A stretch of DNA of 52,107 nt from Octopus bimaculoides. Lineage: Eukaryota. The stretch lies in the NCBI RefSeq assembly GCF_001194135.2, contig NC_068982.1:137486811-137538917 (forward strand). The letters are read 5' to 3'. The stretch's first letter is position 1. Every line of letters starts with the position of its first letter. The notes under the pieces are model-generated. The model was not told the origin of the DNA. It saw only the letters and a list, made by a program, of their open reading frames with translations, and searched no databases. Positions 11,674-24,000 of the stretch are shown piece by piece. Position numbers and translations under genes: made by a program.

Positions 11674-14600
11674 TTGCTATTATGCAAGTGTCGTAATTCC
11701 AAAATGTTACTTTTTCACCATTCCATGGCAAGACCATTTTAATACACTGACAATTTCTGATATCTTGGCAGCCGGAGATACGATAGTTTGACCAAAAGAA
11801 CCGGCTATTGCAAGCAAGAATATTGAAAAAAATAAAACGCCAAATTTGGATATACCACAGTTTAACATTATAGCAACGATATATATACAGTTACCATGTT
11901 TCAAGAAATATGGCATTTAAATATGGAATATTGGAAATTTTTTTTCTGTAGAATTTAATCCAAGAATTGAAGGGGAACTAAGAGAATTTATTTCCAAAAC
12001 GTGGAAAATTCCCGAAGAAGGTATTTACAAATTTCTTTCTAAAATTGTTGAAAACTTGGTATTTAAAAAAAAAATATCAAATTCGTCAATGCTTTCGGGG
12101 TTTTATCATCAAAACGATGTTCTTGCTATAAGTATTGATCTTTATAGAAGTCACATTTGAGAATTGAGCCTTTTCCATGATTCTAAATTTATTCTACAAA
12201 TTGTTAAATATTCTTAGTCTAAATTTAATGAACCAATAAAGTGACCTATGTGGTCATTTGAGTTGCTAGAAATATCAGCCAGGTATCTCGAATGGTACTT
12301 TATCGTCTTTAAAAATAGCTAACATTGTTGGGTAATCAGATTAACTGTCCCGGTTGGAATGTCTTACCGATCTGTTCAGTCAGGGCGGATCCGGGGCTAA
12401 GCAACCGTACATAAAATCCGAGGTAGATATTGCACTATATGTTGTCCTTCCACCTATATGGTAGTATTGCGACATAGATCACTAGCGCTATGACTTCCTG
12501 AATGTTTGTACATGAGCTTGATATTTCAGATTTACAAAGTGGATACATGAATTCCAGTAGTTTCTACATTTGATAAATACCTTGAACAATTATCCTTCCT
12601 TTAAGCCGAAGTCGATTTCCTTCTTCGAAAAGCGGTGGATAATATCAACATTGACAGTTTTGGACAATGAAACAGTCGTTTGATCATACAAGCGAGCAAA
12701 GAAATTAACAAGAAACTAATGGATAAGTCTCATACCATAAAATGCGTTAGCATTAAATTAACCAAGTTTTTCATTAGAAGTTCCTTGAAATTTGCTTTTA
12801 GCTTTTGTCACTTGACTGCGGCCATGTTGGGGCACTGCCTTGAGTTTAGAACATAGTTGATCAGAATATCTGAAAAAGAACAAAAATTTTCACAGGCCAA
12901 TGGGGTCCAATTAGACTCTAATGACCATATTTTATAACACCCGTATGACTGGAAATTTTTAACTAAAAATTTGTATGTGCATACAGTAGGACCTCGGTTT
13001 TCGAACAACTCAGATCACGAATAAATCATGCTANNNNNNNNNNAAACGAACTAACGAACTAACTAACTAACTAACTTTGGTTGTAGAACAAACAACAAAT
13101 GTAAGGTTATCCAACTAATATATCAAATCTCGAACATTTAATCACATATAAAACAATGCTTTTTCTATACATAGAATTTTTTTATACGTGATAGACTGTA
13201 CTCTTTTTCTATATGCCTGTCTAAATGAAGTATTGTTTCATATTCTGTGATTTTTGTGCATCTGTATTCTATGTATAAGAAAAAGCATGATGTCTTTATA
13301 TGTGATTAAATGTTCGAGATGTGATATATTAGTTGGATGACCTTAAATTTGTTGTTTGTTCTCCAACCAAAGTTTGTTATACTCCTCATTTACTTGAGCA
13401 CTTCTCTTGCAGTCCTATTAACCCTCTTGTTCCTAATAAAAATCAATCACTATTATTATTGATATATATATATATATATACATATAAAAGCACAATTTAT
13501 TCGCGATCGTGGTACTATTGTACATAAACTATTAAGTCATGAGATTTAAATAAGAATCGTAAAAGTTGCATAACTTTTAAAATCTGCTGGATCCCTAAGG
13601 GATCCCGCCGGCCCACGAAGGGTTAAGTATATGTATGTTAGGCACTCACCATATTCATTAAGTTACTCTAAGAAAGTGCTAAAACCTTTCCAAATCCTAT
13701 GCTTCGATTTGGTTTCAAAAACAGAATCAAGACAGCTTAAATTTCTTTATTTCAAACATTTGTAATTCAAACGCAAATTTAATTTATTTACCCCCATTGT
13801 ATTTATCCCATTTGAGCTTTCGGAATTGACAAATATTTGATTGTAATAAATGAAACTAGAAAAGTTAAACCTTTACAAACTGGAAATTTTCGAAGATAAA
13901 ACAGCCATCTAATTAATTTTGTGCAAATTGTTTGAAAATTGTTTCCATTTCCCAGGTCTTTACTAATCAGATCCAACAACAAGGAGGATTATCTTGCTTT
14001 CTTTAGATCGATTATCAAATTTGATAAGCAACTATAAAAAGAAATTTAGACAATACTTAATATATTCTACCAAGCTTATTTCTTACAGCAAGCGGATATA
14101 TTTAATATGAAATACAACCATGAATTGTTTCCGTTTTAAATCTTAGGATTAGTCTTTCATTTACTTGAATTCTGGGTTACTGATGTGGAAAAAATCAGAA
14201 CATCTTAGCATTCTTTCTTTCCAAGAAAGAATTCTTAATTCTAGCTGTTCGAAGGCTGAGAATGTAAATTAATCTGTATTTGTCTATGAATACTGTCAGA
14301 TCTAAATATAAATGTGTACAACAATGTAAAATTACTTCCCGAACTAAAATGGGTCAAGGATTCTGTTTTGTAAAATATTTAGTAGACTGGATGGATTTTC
14401 AGGCAGCTTATTTCTATGTGAAGTATAAAAATCGATCGGATAATTTCGTCTGTGATAAAATAAAACCCTGCTCTTTTTTACCTTCTTAGATTTCTAAGAT
14501 TGGACATCCTTTATACTTAAACAATTTTTTGTATTAGACTTTCTCGGTCTTTTCAACGTAACACTAAAATAGAAATGCAATTCAGAAAGTTTAGTAGTTT

Positions 14601-16855
14601 TGCTTGGACTTCAAAACTAGAATCGCCGCAGTTTTGAAAGAAAACCCAATCTAATTATGGTTCAGTTATTAGTGGAAACCAGTTTACTCGATTTATGTTA
14701 CAAATGTTCATTGAGAAAGTGGTAATGTTGTAGCTTTGTTTCCTCGATGACTTTATTTTATAACCCGTTTTTTTTTTTTGGTGGGGGCGTTAGATTTGTA
14801 TAACATCATAAAAAGTATCTTCGGACAGAGTTCAAAAGTTAAACAAGCAGAGAATGGTTTCCAGGTGAGACGAAATCTGAGCAGATGATCCCTGTGTCTA
14901 TTAAATGTTAGTCTATTAAATGTTAACTCGGTAATCTAGATATGAAGTGTTATCACTGAGGAGTAACCACTTTTGAAGAGGATTTCATCTATACTCAATA
15001 AAATGTAAAAAAAANNNNNNNNNNAACTATACCAATCGAATACACTTCAAAGAATATTTTAAGTTTCCTTTAAACAGAGTTGTATGGTTACCAAATTTTC
15101 TTTGCGACCACGTAGTTCCGAGTTTACACTGGACAAGTTTCTCCGATAAAATTGAATTCAGTAAGCGAGTTCACCATTTTTGTAAATTTTCATAAGACTT
15201 GCTTACTAAGATATCCCATCTTTTAAAGAATTATGGGTGTTGTAAAGTGTAGCTGCCACAAATGATAGACTGGGGTCGACATTTGCTAAGCCAACCCACA
15301 AATTGACTGTTTTAGGCCTCAGTCTGTTAGCTTCATGTCTGGAGAATATAATATTCGATTGTCTAAATCCATTCGGTGTACTGAAACCATTAATGCTACA
15401 TTACCAGATCTGTTCTTCATAAGCATAGAACATTCTGGTCAGAGCCTTAAATTTTGCAAGATGGAACGAGACTTTTCTAGCTGTAAGTTTAAGAGGGTCC
15501 TTCGGATACATATGACCCCACTTGACTTTCTGGCGCTCAGAATTATGCACCAGTTGAGCTTCCTACAGGACCTAACTCTTGTTTGAAAAACATTTTAGGA
15601 AGTATAAAAATTTCATTAGCAATTCAAGTTTCATGTATAACGGTAACGCAGCGGTATCTTTTAGTACATTAAAGGTTAAATCTAATATTCGAGCGACTTA
15701 GAGGTAAGTAAGCCATCGGGAGGATGGTATGGCTCCATCTTGGAACAGTAGGTGAAGCACGGTCTGTAAAAGACGTTACATAATGGAATATTAAATACAC
15801 TGGGTACATAATGGAATATTAGATACACTGGTAGGAAGTGGATGGTCTGAGATGGAATTCCTATGATCACAGAATTGCTTGAACATAGCTGACCTGAAGC
15901 TAAACAACGCCAAAGATAAATAGCGAACCATTTTTGATTCCCAATTGTTGGCATTTAATTCTTGCTAAAGATGTTTAGAAATCTTCACAGGAGCTCTTTA
16001 TTTCATAAATCTAGTCTCGTTGATCTTAATCACCAATTACAAAATGGAATTGAATTCGGATTTGAGTTTGTGTGCATTATATTAAAACTTTCAAACACAA
16101 ACTCTAGCTCTAAATGTACAAACATGAATTTCTTACAACGACGACTTTTCAAATTGTTTCTTGAAGCTGCTGTCAATATAACTTCTAAACTCTTGTACCA
16201 CACCCTATTAGTTTTTTTTAATTTATTTTATTTCATTTTTTTTTTTTCCTTTTTTGCGGACAATGACCAGATTTCAATAATTTACTTTTAAACATTCTCT
16301 TAAAGCTATGAAAAAACCCGCGTCACCTCCAGGAAGTGATTTCTCAAGCGATAATTCTGACCTGACTCTCAGTCCTTCATGGGGTAGCAATTTCGATTTT
16401 TTTGGCAGTTCAGGTTAGTAAGAACGAAATATCTTTCTCTCGCCTTTTTCTTTTCTTTCTTTCGTTTTCTCTCTCCCTCTCACATCGTTCAGCCATTTGA
16501 TTGCGGCCATGTTGGAGCACCGCCTTAAAGGGTTTTAATCGAAGTAATCAACCCCAGGACTTGTTTTATAGGTCTCTTTTGCCGAACCGCTATGTTACGG
16601 GGATATATATATACAAACATTGGTTGTCAAGCGATGATGGGTGAGGGAACATAGATGCATGTATATATATTATACGACAAGCTCCTATTTTCCGTCTACC
16701 AAATCCACTCAAGGCTATGGTCGGCCCGAGGCTAAAGTAGAAGACACTTGCCCAAAGTGCCATGCATTCGGAATGAACCCAGAACCATGTGGTTGAGAAG
16801 CAAACTTCTAAACTCTCTTTCTCTCTCTTTCTCTCTCTTTCTCTCTCTTTCTCTC

Positions 16856-16886
<31 letters not shown>

Positions 16887-16889
16887 CTT

Positions 16890-16947
<58 letters not shown>

Positions 16948-17612
16948 TCTNNNNNNNNNNNNNNNNNNNNNNNNNNNNNNNNNNNNNNNNNNNNNNNNNN
17001 NNNNNNNNNNNNNNNNNNNNNNNNNNNNNNNNNNNNNNNNNNNNNNNNNNNNNNNNNNNNNNNNNNNNNNNNNNNNNNNNNNNNNNNNNNNNNNNNNNNN
17101 NNNNNNNNNNNNNNNNNNNNNNNNNNNNNNNNNNNNNNNNNNNNNNNNNNNNNNNNNNNNNNNNNNNNNNNNNNNNNNNNNNNNNNNNNNNNNNNNNNNN
17201 NNNNNNNNNNNNNNNNNNNNNNNNNNNNNNNNNNNNNNNNNNNNNNNNNNNNNNNNNNNNNNNNNNNNNNNNNNNNNNNNNNNNNNNNNNNNNNNNNNNN
17301 NNNNNNNNNNNNNNNNNNNNNNNNNNNNNNNNNNNNNNNNNNNNNNNNNNNNNNNNNNNNNNNNNNNNNNNNNNNNNNNNNNNNNNNNNNNNNNNNNNNN
17401 NNNNNNNNNNNNNNNNNNNNNNNNNNNNNNNNNCTCTCTCTGTCTCTTTCTCTCTCTGTCTCTTTCTCTCTCTGTCTCTTTCTCTCTCTGTCTCTTTCTC
17501 TCTCTGTCTCTTTCTCTCTCTGTCTCTTTCTCTCTCCGTCTCTTTCTCTCTCTGTCTCTTTCTCTCTCTGTCTCTTTCTCTCTCTGTCTCTTTCTCTCTC
17601 TCTCTTTCTCTT

Positions 17613-17645
<33 letters not shown>

Positions 17646-17752
17646 TTCTCTCTCTCTCTTTCTCTTTCTCTCTCTCTCTTTCTCTTTCTCTTTTTCTCTC
17701 TCTCTTTCTCTCTCCGTCTCTTTCTCTCTCTGTCTCTCTCTCTCTGTCTCTT

Positions 17753-17783
<31 letters not shown>

Positions 17784-17908
17784 TTCTCTTTCTCTCTCCG
17801 TCTCTTTCTCTCTCTGTCTCTTTCTCTCTCTGTCTCTTTCTCTCTCTGTCTCTTTCTCTCTCTCTCTTTCTCTCTCTCTCTTTCTCTTTCTCTCTCTCTC
17901 TTTCTCTT

Positions 17909-17941
<33 letters not shown>

Positions 17942-17954
17942 TTCTCTCTTTCTC

Positions 17955-18015
<61 letters not shown>

Positions 18016-21000
18016 TTGTGCTTTCAAAAAAAAAACAACCTGAGATGCGTTTCTGCAAAATCTCCATTTGTATTGATTTACCATTATGACCGGCTTAACC
18101 ATTCTTTCTCAGAACTGCTTCCTTTTAACTTGCAATAATTCGAATCCTTTTTAATTTGCAAACCTCCCGCCCTAATCTATGGAAGGCAGTTTTACTAAGG
18201 TCAAACGTTGACTACTAAGTCTGTAGCAAGATTTCGGTTTTTAACTTCTATATGTTATGCACAAAATGGAGCAAGTTCCTATGACCCTACAATACCCAAC
18301 CGTAGCTAATAGCTAAGTTCCTTTTGTTATGAACAAAAGGATATCCAACGCTTCATTCACGCTTGTGAATTTTCTCGGTCAATGCTTGTCTTTATTCTAA
18401 GCCAGAGTATTTTGTTGAAAACGATTTCAATATTTATGTATTTAGGAAAAAAATCCACTTATTGTAATCACATTCGTTCGGACTTACATCATTAAAGAAT
18501 TTCTACTTGACTTCAAATCTGCCAGATATTTATACTTTCTCAAATGAAGGAAAAATTAGTCTACAGACATGACCATTTTACAAATTCCCTTTGTGAACAC
18601 GTAGTTTTCAGTTCAATCTCAGTGCGCGCCACATTGTGCAAGTTCCTTCTACTCTGAACAAATTCAATAAGCGAGTTCACTATTTTCTTCTCTTTTCATG
18701 ACTCCATTTCTGAAATCTTCAATTACTTTTAATGGTTAGATCTGTGAAGAGCTACTGCAAATGGTCATCTGGAGCTAGATTTCGACATATGATAAACCGG
18801 CCCACCTTAAGTTTAAGACCTCTATATCTGTTGCAGAGAGTATTATCGCACTATCTAATCGTCTAAGAAATATGTTCAGTTTCAACATTTCATGAATATT
18901 TCAATAAATGTCGACATTTTTTTGTTTCAGATTTTTCTACTGATGAAGAACCAGGTGAGCTTAGCTACCCAAAACTTAATCCAGGAGACATAGTATATAT
19001 TCAAGTCTAGTAAACCCTAAATTCTGTTTTGATTTTTCAGTTTAACCTAAATCTTAAAAGTTGTTGAATGATTAAAGATAGTTTTGTCGACACGTGTTGG
19101 AAGAGAGACGGCCGATTAGCAGTCATTAGAGATTGTTTTGCGATAGTCATTTCGTCTCTCGACGCTCTTGGTTCAAATCCCACTGAAGCCAACTTTGCTT
19201 TTCATACTTTCGGAGGTGATAATGTACAAGTCATTTCGACATTCTCTTATTCTTTGTTCTCTCTGATTTCTGGTAAAAAATCGGCTGTCGTCAGACCTGG
19301 GGAGATATGAGCTCCTCCATGTCTAAAAATGTTATATCATGACAAGGATCTTATGATTCCATCAAAGAATTGAGGATTCAAGCCAAAGTAAGGCAATATT
19401 GACACATTTATCTTGCAGTTCGAAAATCTTCAATTCTAGGTTTTCTGTACAAATCTATTTTACCAAATGGACCATTTCGAACGTATTTATTGATTTGAGC
19501 CCAGTCCAAATCTGCTTTTCACATTACATCGCTGTAAGATAATGTAACAAATTGGATTCACCATCAACTTTGAGTTGTCGTTTTATCAAATAAATGTAAC
19601 GTTTTCTTTTGAGATTGTAAAAAATATTTCAAAAACCGGGTTGATAGTTGACTGTTAGGATTTGATCACTAGTTGAAGCAGACTGACAAATTTCAATTTA
19701 TGATTGAACATTACCAACTTGTTAGAATAAACTTATCGCTAGAATTATGAAATAACTTCGTTCAGATTATGTAGATGACTTGCATTTAATTTCATTTGCT
19801 TTAAAGAATTTGTAATCAATGTTTTAATGTTTGACTTTCTAAACTAGATAAATTTGCATCCAATGAAAAAACCAAAATGAAAGTACCAAAGGCCGGTTAG
19901 TATAACTGATATTTTTATTTTTAACATTTCGCATTTCTTGACTGATTTGAAATCGTCGACAGTTTGACGCAACATTTTAAACAATTTAGTAATTTCTGCG
20001 TCGGAATAATCAGCTATCTAATAAGGCGAAAATAGATAATCAAAACCAAAAGTTTTGAAACAGGCAAAATAACAAATATTTTTTCACAAACGTTTAATGA
20101 CCAATACAAACTAGTTGCTATTCCATGCATGGCAACTCTATAATTGAAGAGTATTTTTAGTCAGTAAATTTAATGGTACTTCTTGAATTGAATTTCCGAC
20201 GAATTTAAATTAAAATGGATGAGTTGAACTCTGGATGTAGTAAATGTATGGTTTAATTTTGATTTTTCATTGCAAATTTACTTATGTCGTTGGTGGCGAT
20301 CGACAGACGTCAACGCAAATATATCCCTGTAACCTTTACCTCAAGACTTTTAATTTGAAAAATTAACTTGTCTCTTAATAGTTTTAACTTTCATTTAAAC
20401 TAAAATCGTTACACTTCCAGCTAAATCAGTTACACCACTGATGGAAAATAAAAGTGAGTAAAGTTCAATTATTTCAAAAAACTAATATTTGGGGATAAAA
20501 TGAGCTGTTCATCAAAAAAAGTTCTGGTTTTTCATTTTTCATAATTAACATTCAATTTTCTAGCTAGAACCGCTTTAACTAGAGCTACATCACTTACTCT
20601 TCCAACAAAAGTTAAACATGACTAAAAATTTAATTAGAATTAAAGCAATTAAGTTCATGTAGGGATGAAATTCCTTTCACTAAAATCTCTCACTCGAGCA
20701 CAAACTCTTTCAATTTTGAACAAGAACAGTAAAGACTTATCATTTGAGACTAATATTTTAGGTTGAGTAAAACTAAATTGTGCATTTTAGTTGTTGCTTG
20801 GTCTCTTTGTTCAGAATTTAATTTTAAATCACAGCTCCAGTTAAATCAGTAACCCCACTAAAGGAAAATCGATGTAAGTATAGATCTTACGGTTAATTAT
20901 TCGTGAATAAGATGTTCAATCTAGCTTCTCGCTTGCTTTCTGATCTTCGTAATTTTTTCTTGCTAAAACCGTTTTAACTTTAACAGCACTTACACAACCA

Positions 21001-24000
21001 ACAACGAGAGTAAAAATTAAATTCTAATTAAAACTATAATTATCATTGAAATTCCTTTCAATAAACTCCGTCACTCAAGCTCAAATTCTTTCACCATTGA
21101 ACAAGAAAAGTAAACTGATTTAAACCTAATATTAATGGATGAGTACAGATAAAATGTCGATTTTAGTTGCTTGGTCTCTTTGTTCAGAATTTAATTTTGA
21201 ATTCATTTTAGCACCAAAAACCACAGCTCGTGTTAAACCAGTAACCCTACCAAAGGAAAATAGATGTAAGTATAGATCTTACGGTTAATTATTCGTGAAT
21301 AAATTCAATCTAGCTTGTGGCTTGCTTTCTGATCTTCGTAATTTTTTCTAGTTAAAACCGTTTTAACTCCAGCTACGGCACTTCCATCACCAACAAGAAA
21401 AGATAAACGAGAGTAAATATTAAATTCTAGTTAAAACTATAATTGTCAAGTAGATGAAATACCTTTCAATAAAATCCCTATCCACCATTGAACAAGTAAA
21501 CTTTTTCTCATTTAAGACTAATATTAATGGAGGAGTACAGCTAAAATGTCGATTTTTACTTGTTGCTTGGTCTCTTTGTTCAGGATTTAATTAAAATTTT
21601 TTTTTATCTCCAAAACCTCAGCTCAGGGTAAATCAGTAACCCCACCAAAAGAAAATCGATGTAAGTATAGATCTTACGGTTAATTATTCTGATCTTCGTA
21701 ATTTTTTCCAGTTAAAACCGTTTTAACTCGAGCTACAACACTTACACCACCACCACCACCACAAGATAAACCAGAGTAAAAATTAAATTCTAATTAAAAC
21801 TATAATTGTCATAGAAATTCCTTGCACTAAAATCTCTCACTCGAGCACAAACTCTTTCAACATTGAACAAGAGAAGTAAAGACTTAGCATTTAAAACTAT
21901 TTTAGGTTGAGTACAGCTGAAATGTGCATTTTAGTTGTTGCTTGATCTCTTTCTTCAGAATTTAATTTTTAATTCTTTTTAGCTCCAAAAACCTCAAGTC
22001 CAGTAAGATTATCAAAGGAAAATCGATGTAAGTATAGATCTTACGGTTAATTATTCGTGAATAAGATGTTCAATTTAGCTTGTCGCTTGCTTTCTGATTT
22101 TCGTAATTTTTTTCCAGCTAAAACTGCTCCAACACAAGATCTATTACTAACACCACCTCCGACAGAAAATAAGTGATTAAAAAATTTAATTTCGATTAAC
22201 ACTGAGACATATACGGATGAAATCTAGATTTTTACAAGACTGCTTGACATGTAAAGTTAAAAGGAGGGCTTGCGAAGATATAAGAGAACAGCTGGTCTTC
22301 ATCAAGACCCAGCAAGTAGAGAGAAAAAAATGCAGATTAGCGCTGTAGAACTTTAGATTTAGCTTGCCTTCTGTTCGTAACGTGTTCACTTCGCTTCATA
22401 TCTTTCTTGAAGTACAAACAATCGATGTCCAATCTTATCTCAAATTCTTCAATGGTATAATAGATTGAAAAATATAATTTGCAATACTTTCTTTTTTAGC
22501 TTCTAAAATCTGTCATTCAAGTTCAAACCCTTTCACCCTTGAACAATCGTAATGACGTTTCATTTAAAACAAATGTATGTGGAGTACAGCATGAAACGTT
22601 GAGCAAAAAAAAAAAACGGTGGCGTTTGTTGATATTCCTTAACAAATCACTTCGTAACTTTGTGCGTTCGAGAAGGGGTGGAATGAAGTAACAATATCTC
22701 TTAACAAGAAAGATATCGATATAAAACAATGCTTTGATATGTATTCGTCCAATCCATGTCAGCATAGAAAAACGGACGTGAAATGAAGGCTTTGGACGAT
22801 ACTTAATTTCTATTTAGCGGCTCAAACTCTTTTGCTATCAGCGAACAAGAAAAGTAAATAACGTTGATTTAAATAAAGCTAATATTCGTGAACTACAGGA
22901 TAACAGAAGGGAGATGACGTTTCGATTTTAAGTAGTATAGTCTTTTTATTCATAATTCAATTTTAAATCCGTTTTTAGCTACTAAAGTGACCGCGACCCG
23001 AACTAAATCAGTACCACCACCACCGACTAAAAATAAAAGTAAAAATCAATTTTTAATTCAATAAAACTAAGAGCATTGTAGAGTTATAAGTCGTACGGTT
23101 CGCTTTTTATTTCCTCTTCACATTACCATCGGTAAACAAAAAAGTGAAAGTCAATTTTCAACGAAATCAATTGGAAGAAGAACGTTGTTGAAATTAACTC
23201 TTTTCATAACTTTTTAATAACTTAGTCACTTATAGTTTATACTTATAAAGATATATAAAGTCATGATATACTTGTCAATCTTGCTTTCTAAAGATCTTGG
23301 ATGCTGAAACACAACTGAGTGGATCTCGTGGAACAGTTAGTTTCCAGATCGTATCGTACTAACACTTTATCCGGACTAGAAATATTCTCAAATTTCACTA
23401 AACAGATGATCGCTTTGGGAGGAAGCTTGCCATATATCAGGAGCTGGTGCAGCAGTGCAGAAACCAAGGCTGGCAGGCAGGTTGCGAGGCAATAGTGGTG
23501 GGCTGTCGAGGGTTTTGTATGGCATTCATTCTGCAAAGGTCTGACTGGGTTTGTTATTGGTGCAACAAAGAGGGCTATAAATTTCATTATTAAAGCTGCA
23601 AAGATGGCCTCTTGGGGACTTTGAGTAAAGAAGGGCAGACTAGTGATTTGCTGCTACAGGGATGCAAACTGATGAAGTTCCAGTTTGAAGACCCAAACTT
23701 GATCAACCCGGGGTGAGTTAACTGGGCGAAGTGAATATTATGTTGAAAGACCCTACCTCCACTTCCCTTTGAAACACGAGAAACATCACAGATGATGCAT
23801 TCCAAAGCATCTGCGAGACATCTTAAAACTAACATACGAAAATATAAGCGTCGCGATAATACGAGTCGCTTTCTATATACCTTCAATGTTTGCGTCGTTC
23901 AAATGAATATTTTCAATCAAATGACATTTTTATTTATTTAGCAAAGAAATTACCTGAAAGTTCTAAAAATTCAGCGGCGTAGGAAAAAGATAAATGAAGT

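Larger units (their letters stand above)
20400..22180 (+). repeat. Tandem array of five diverged ~370-420 bp exon+intron cassettes
   Basis: Recurring blocks such as gaaaatcgat|gtaagtatagatcttacggttaattattcgtgaat, ttgaacaagaa(a)agtaaa and gttgcttggtctctttgttcagaatttaa. Exon ends at 20453, 20873, 21265, 21660 and 22027. Confidence 0.9.

Noticed and set aside
16732-18138. Four long ORFs (419-456 aa) of poly-SL / poly-ER
   Set aside because: Translations of a (CT)n microsatellite plus an N gap; not genes.
20400-22180. CRISPR-like appearance of recurring constant blocks
   Set aside because: Units are ~390 bp, diverged and contain spliceosomal signals; eukaryotic context and no cas genes.
22217-22348. 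43-aa ORF with CLTCKVKRRAC
   Set aside because: No splice support and too few ligands for a zinc finger; probably chance.
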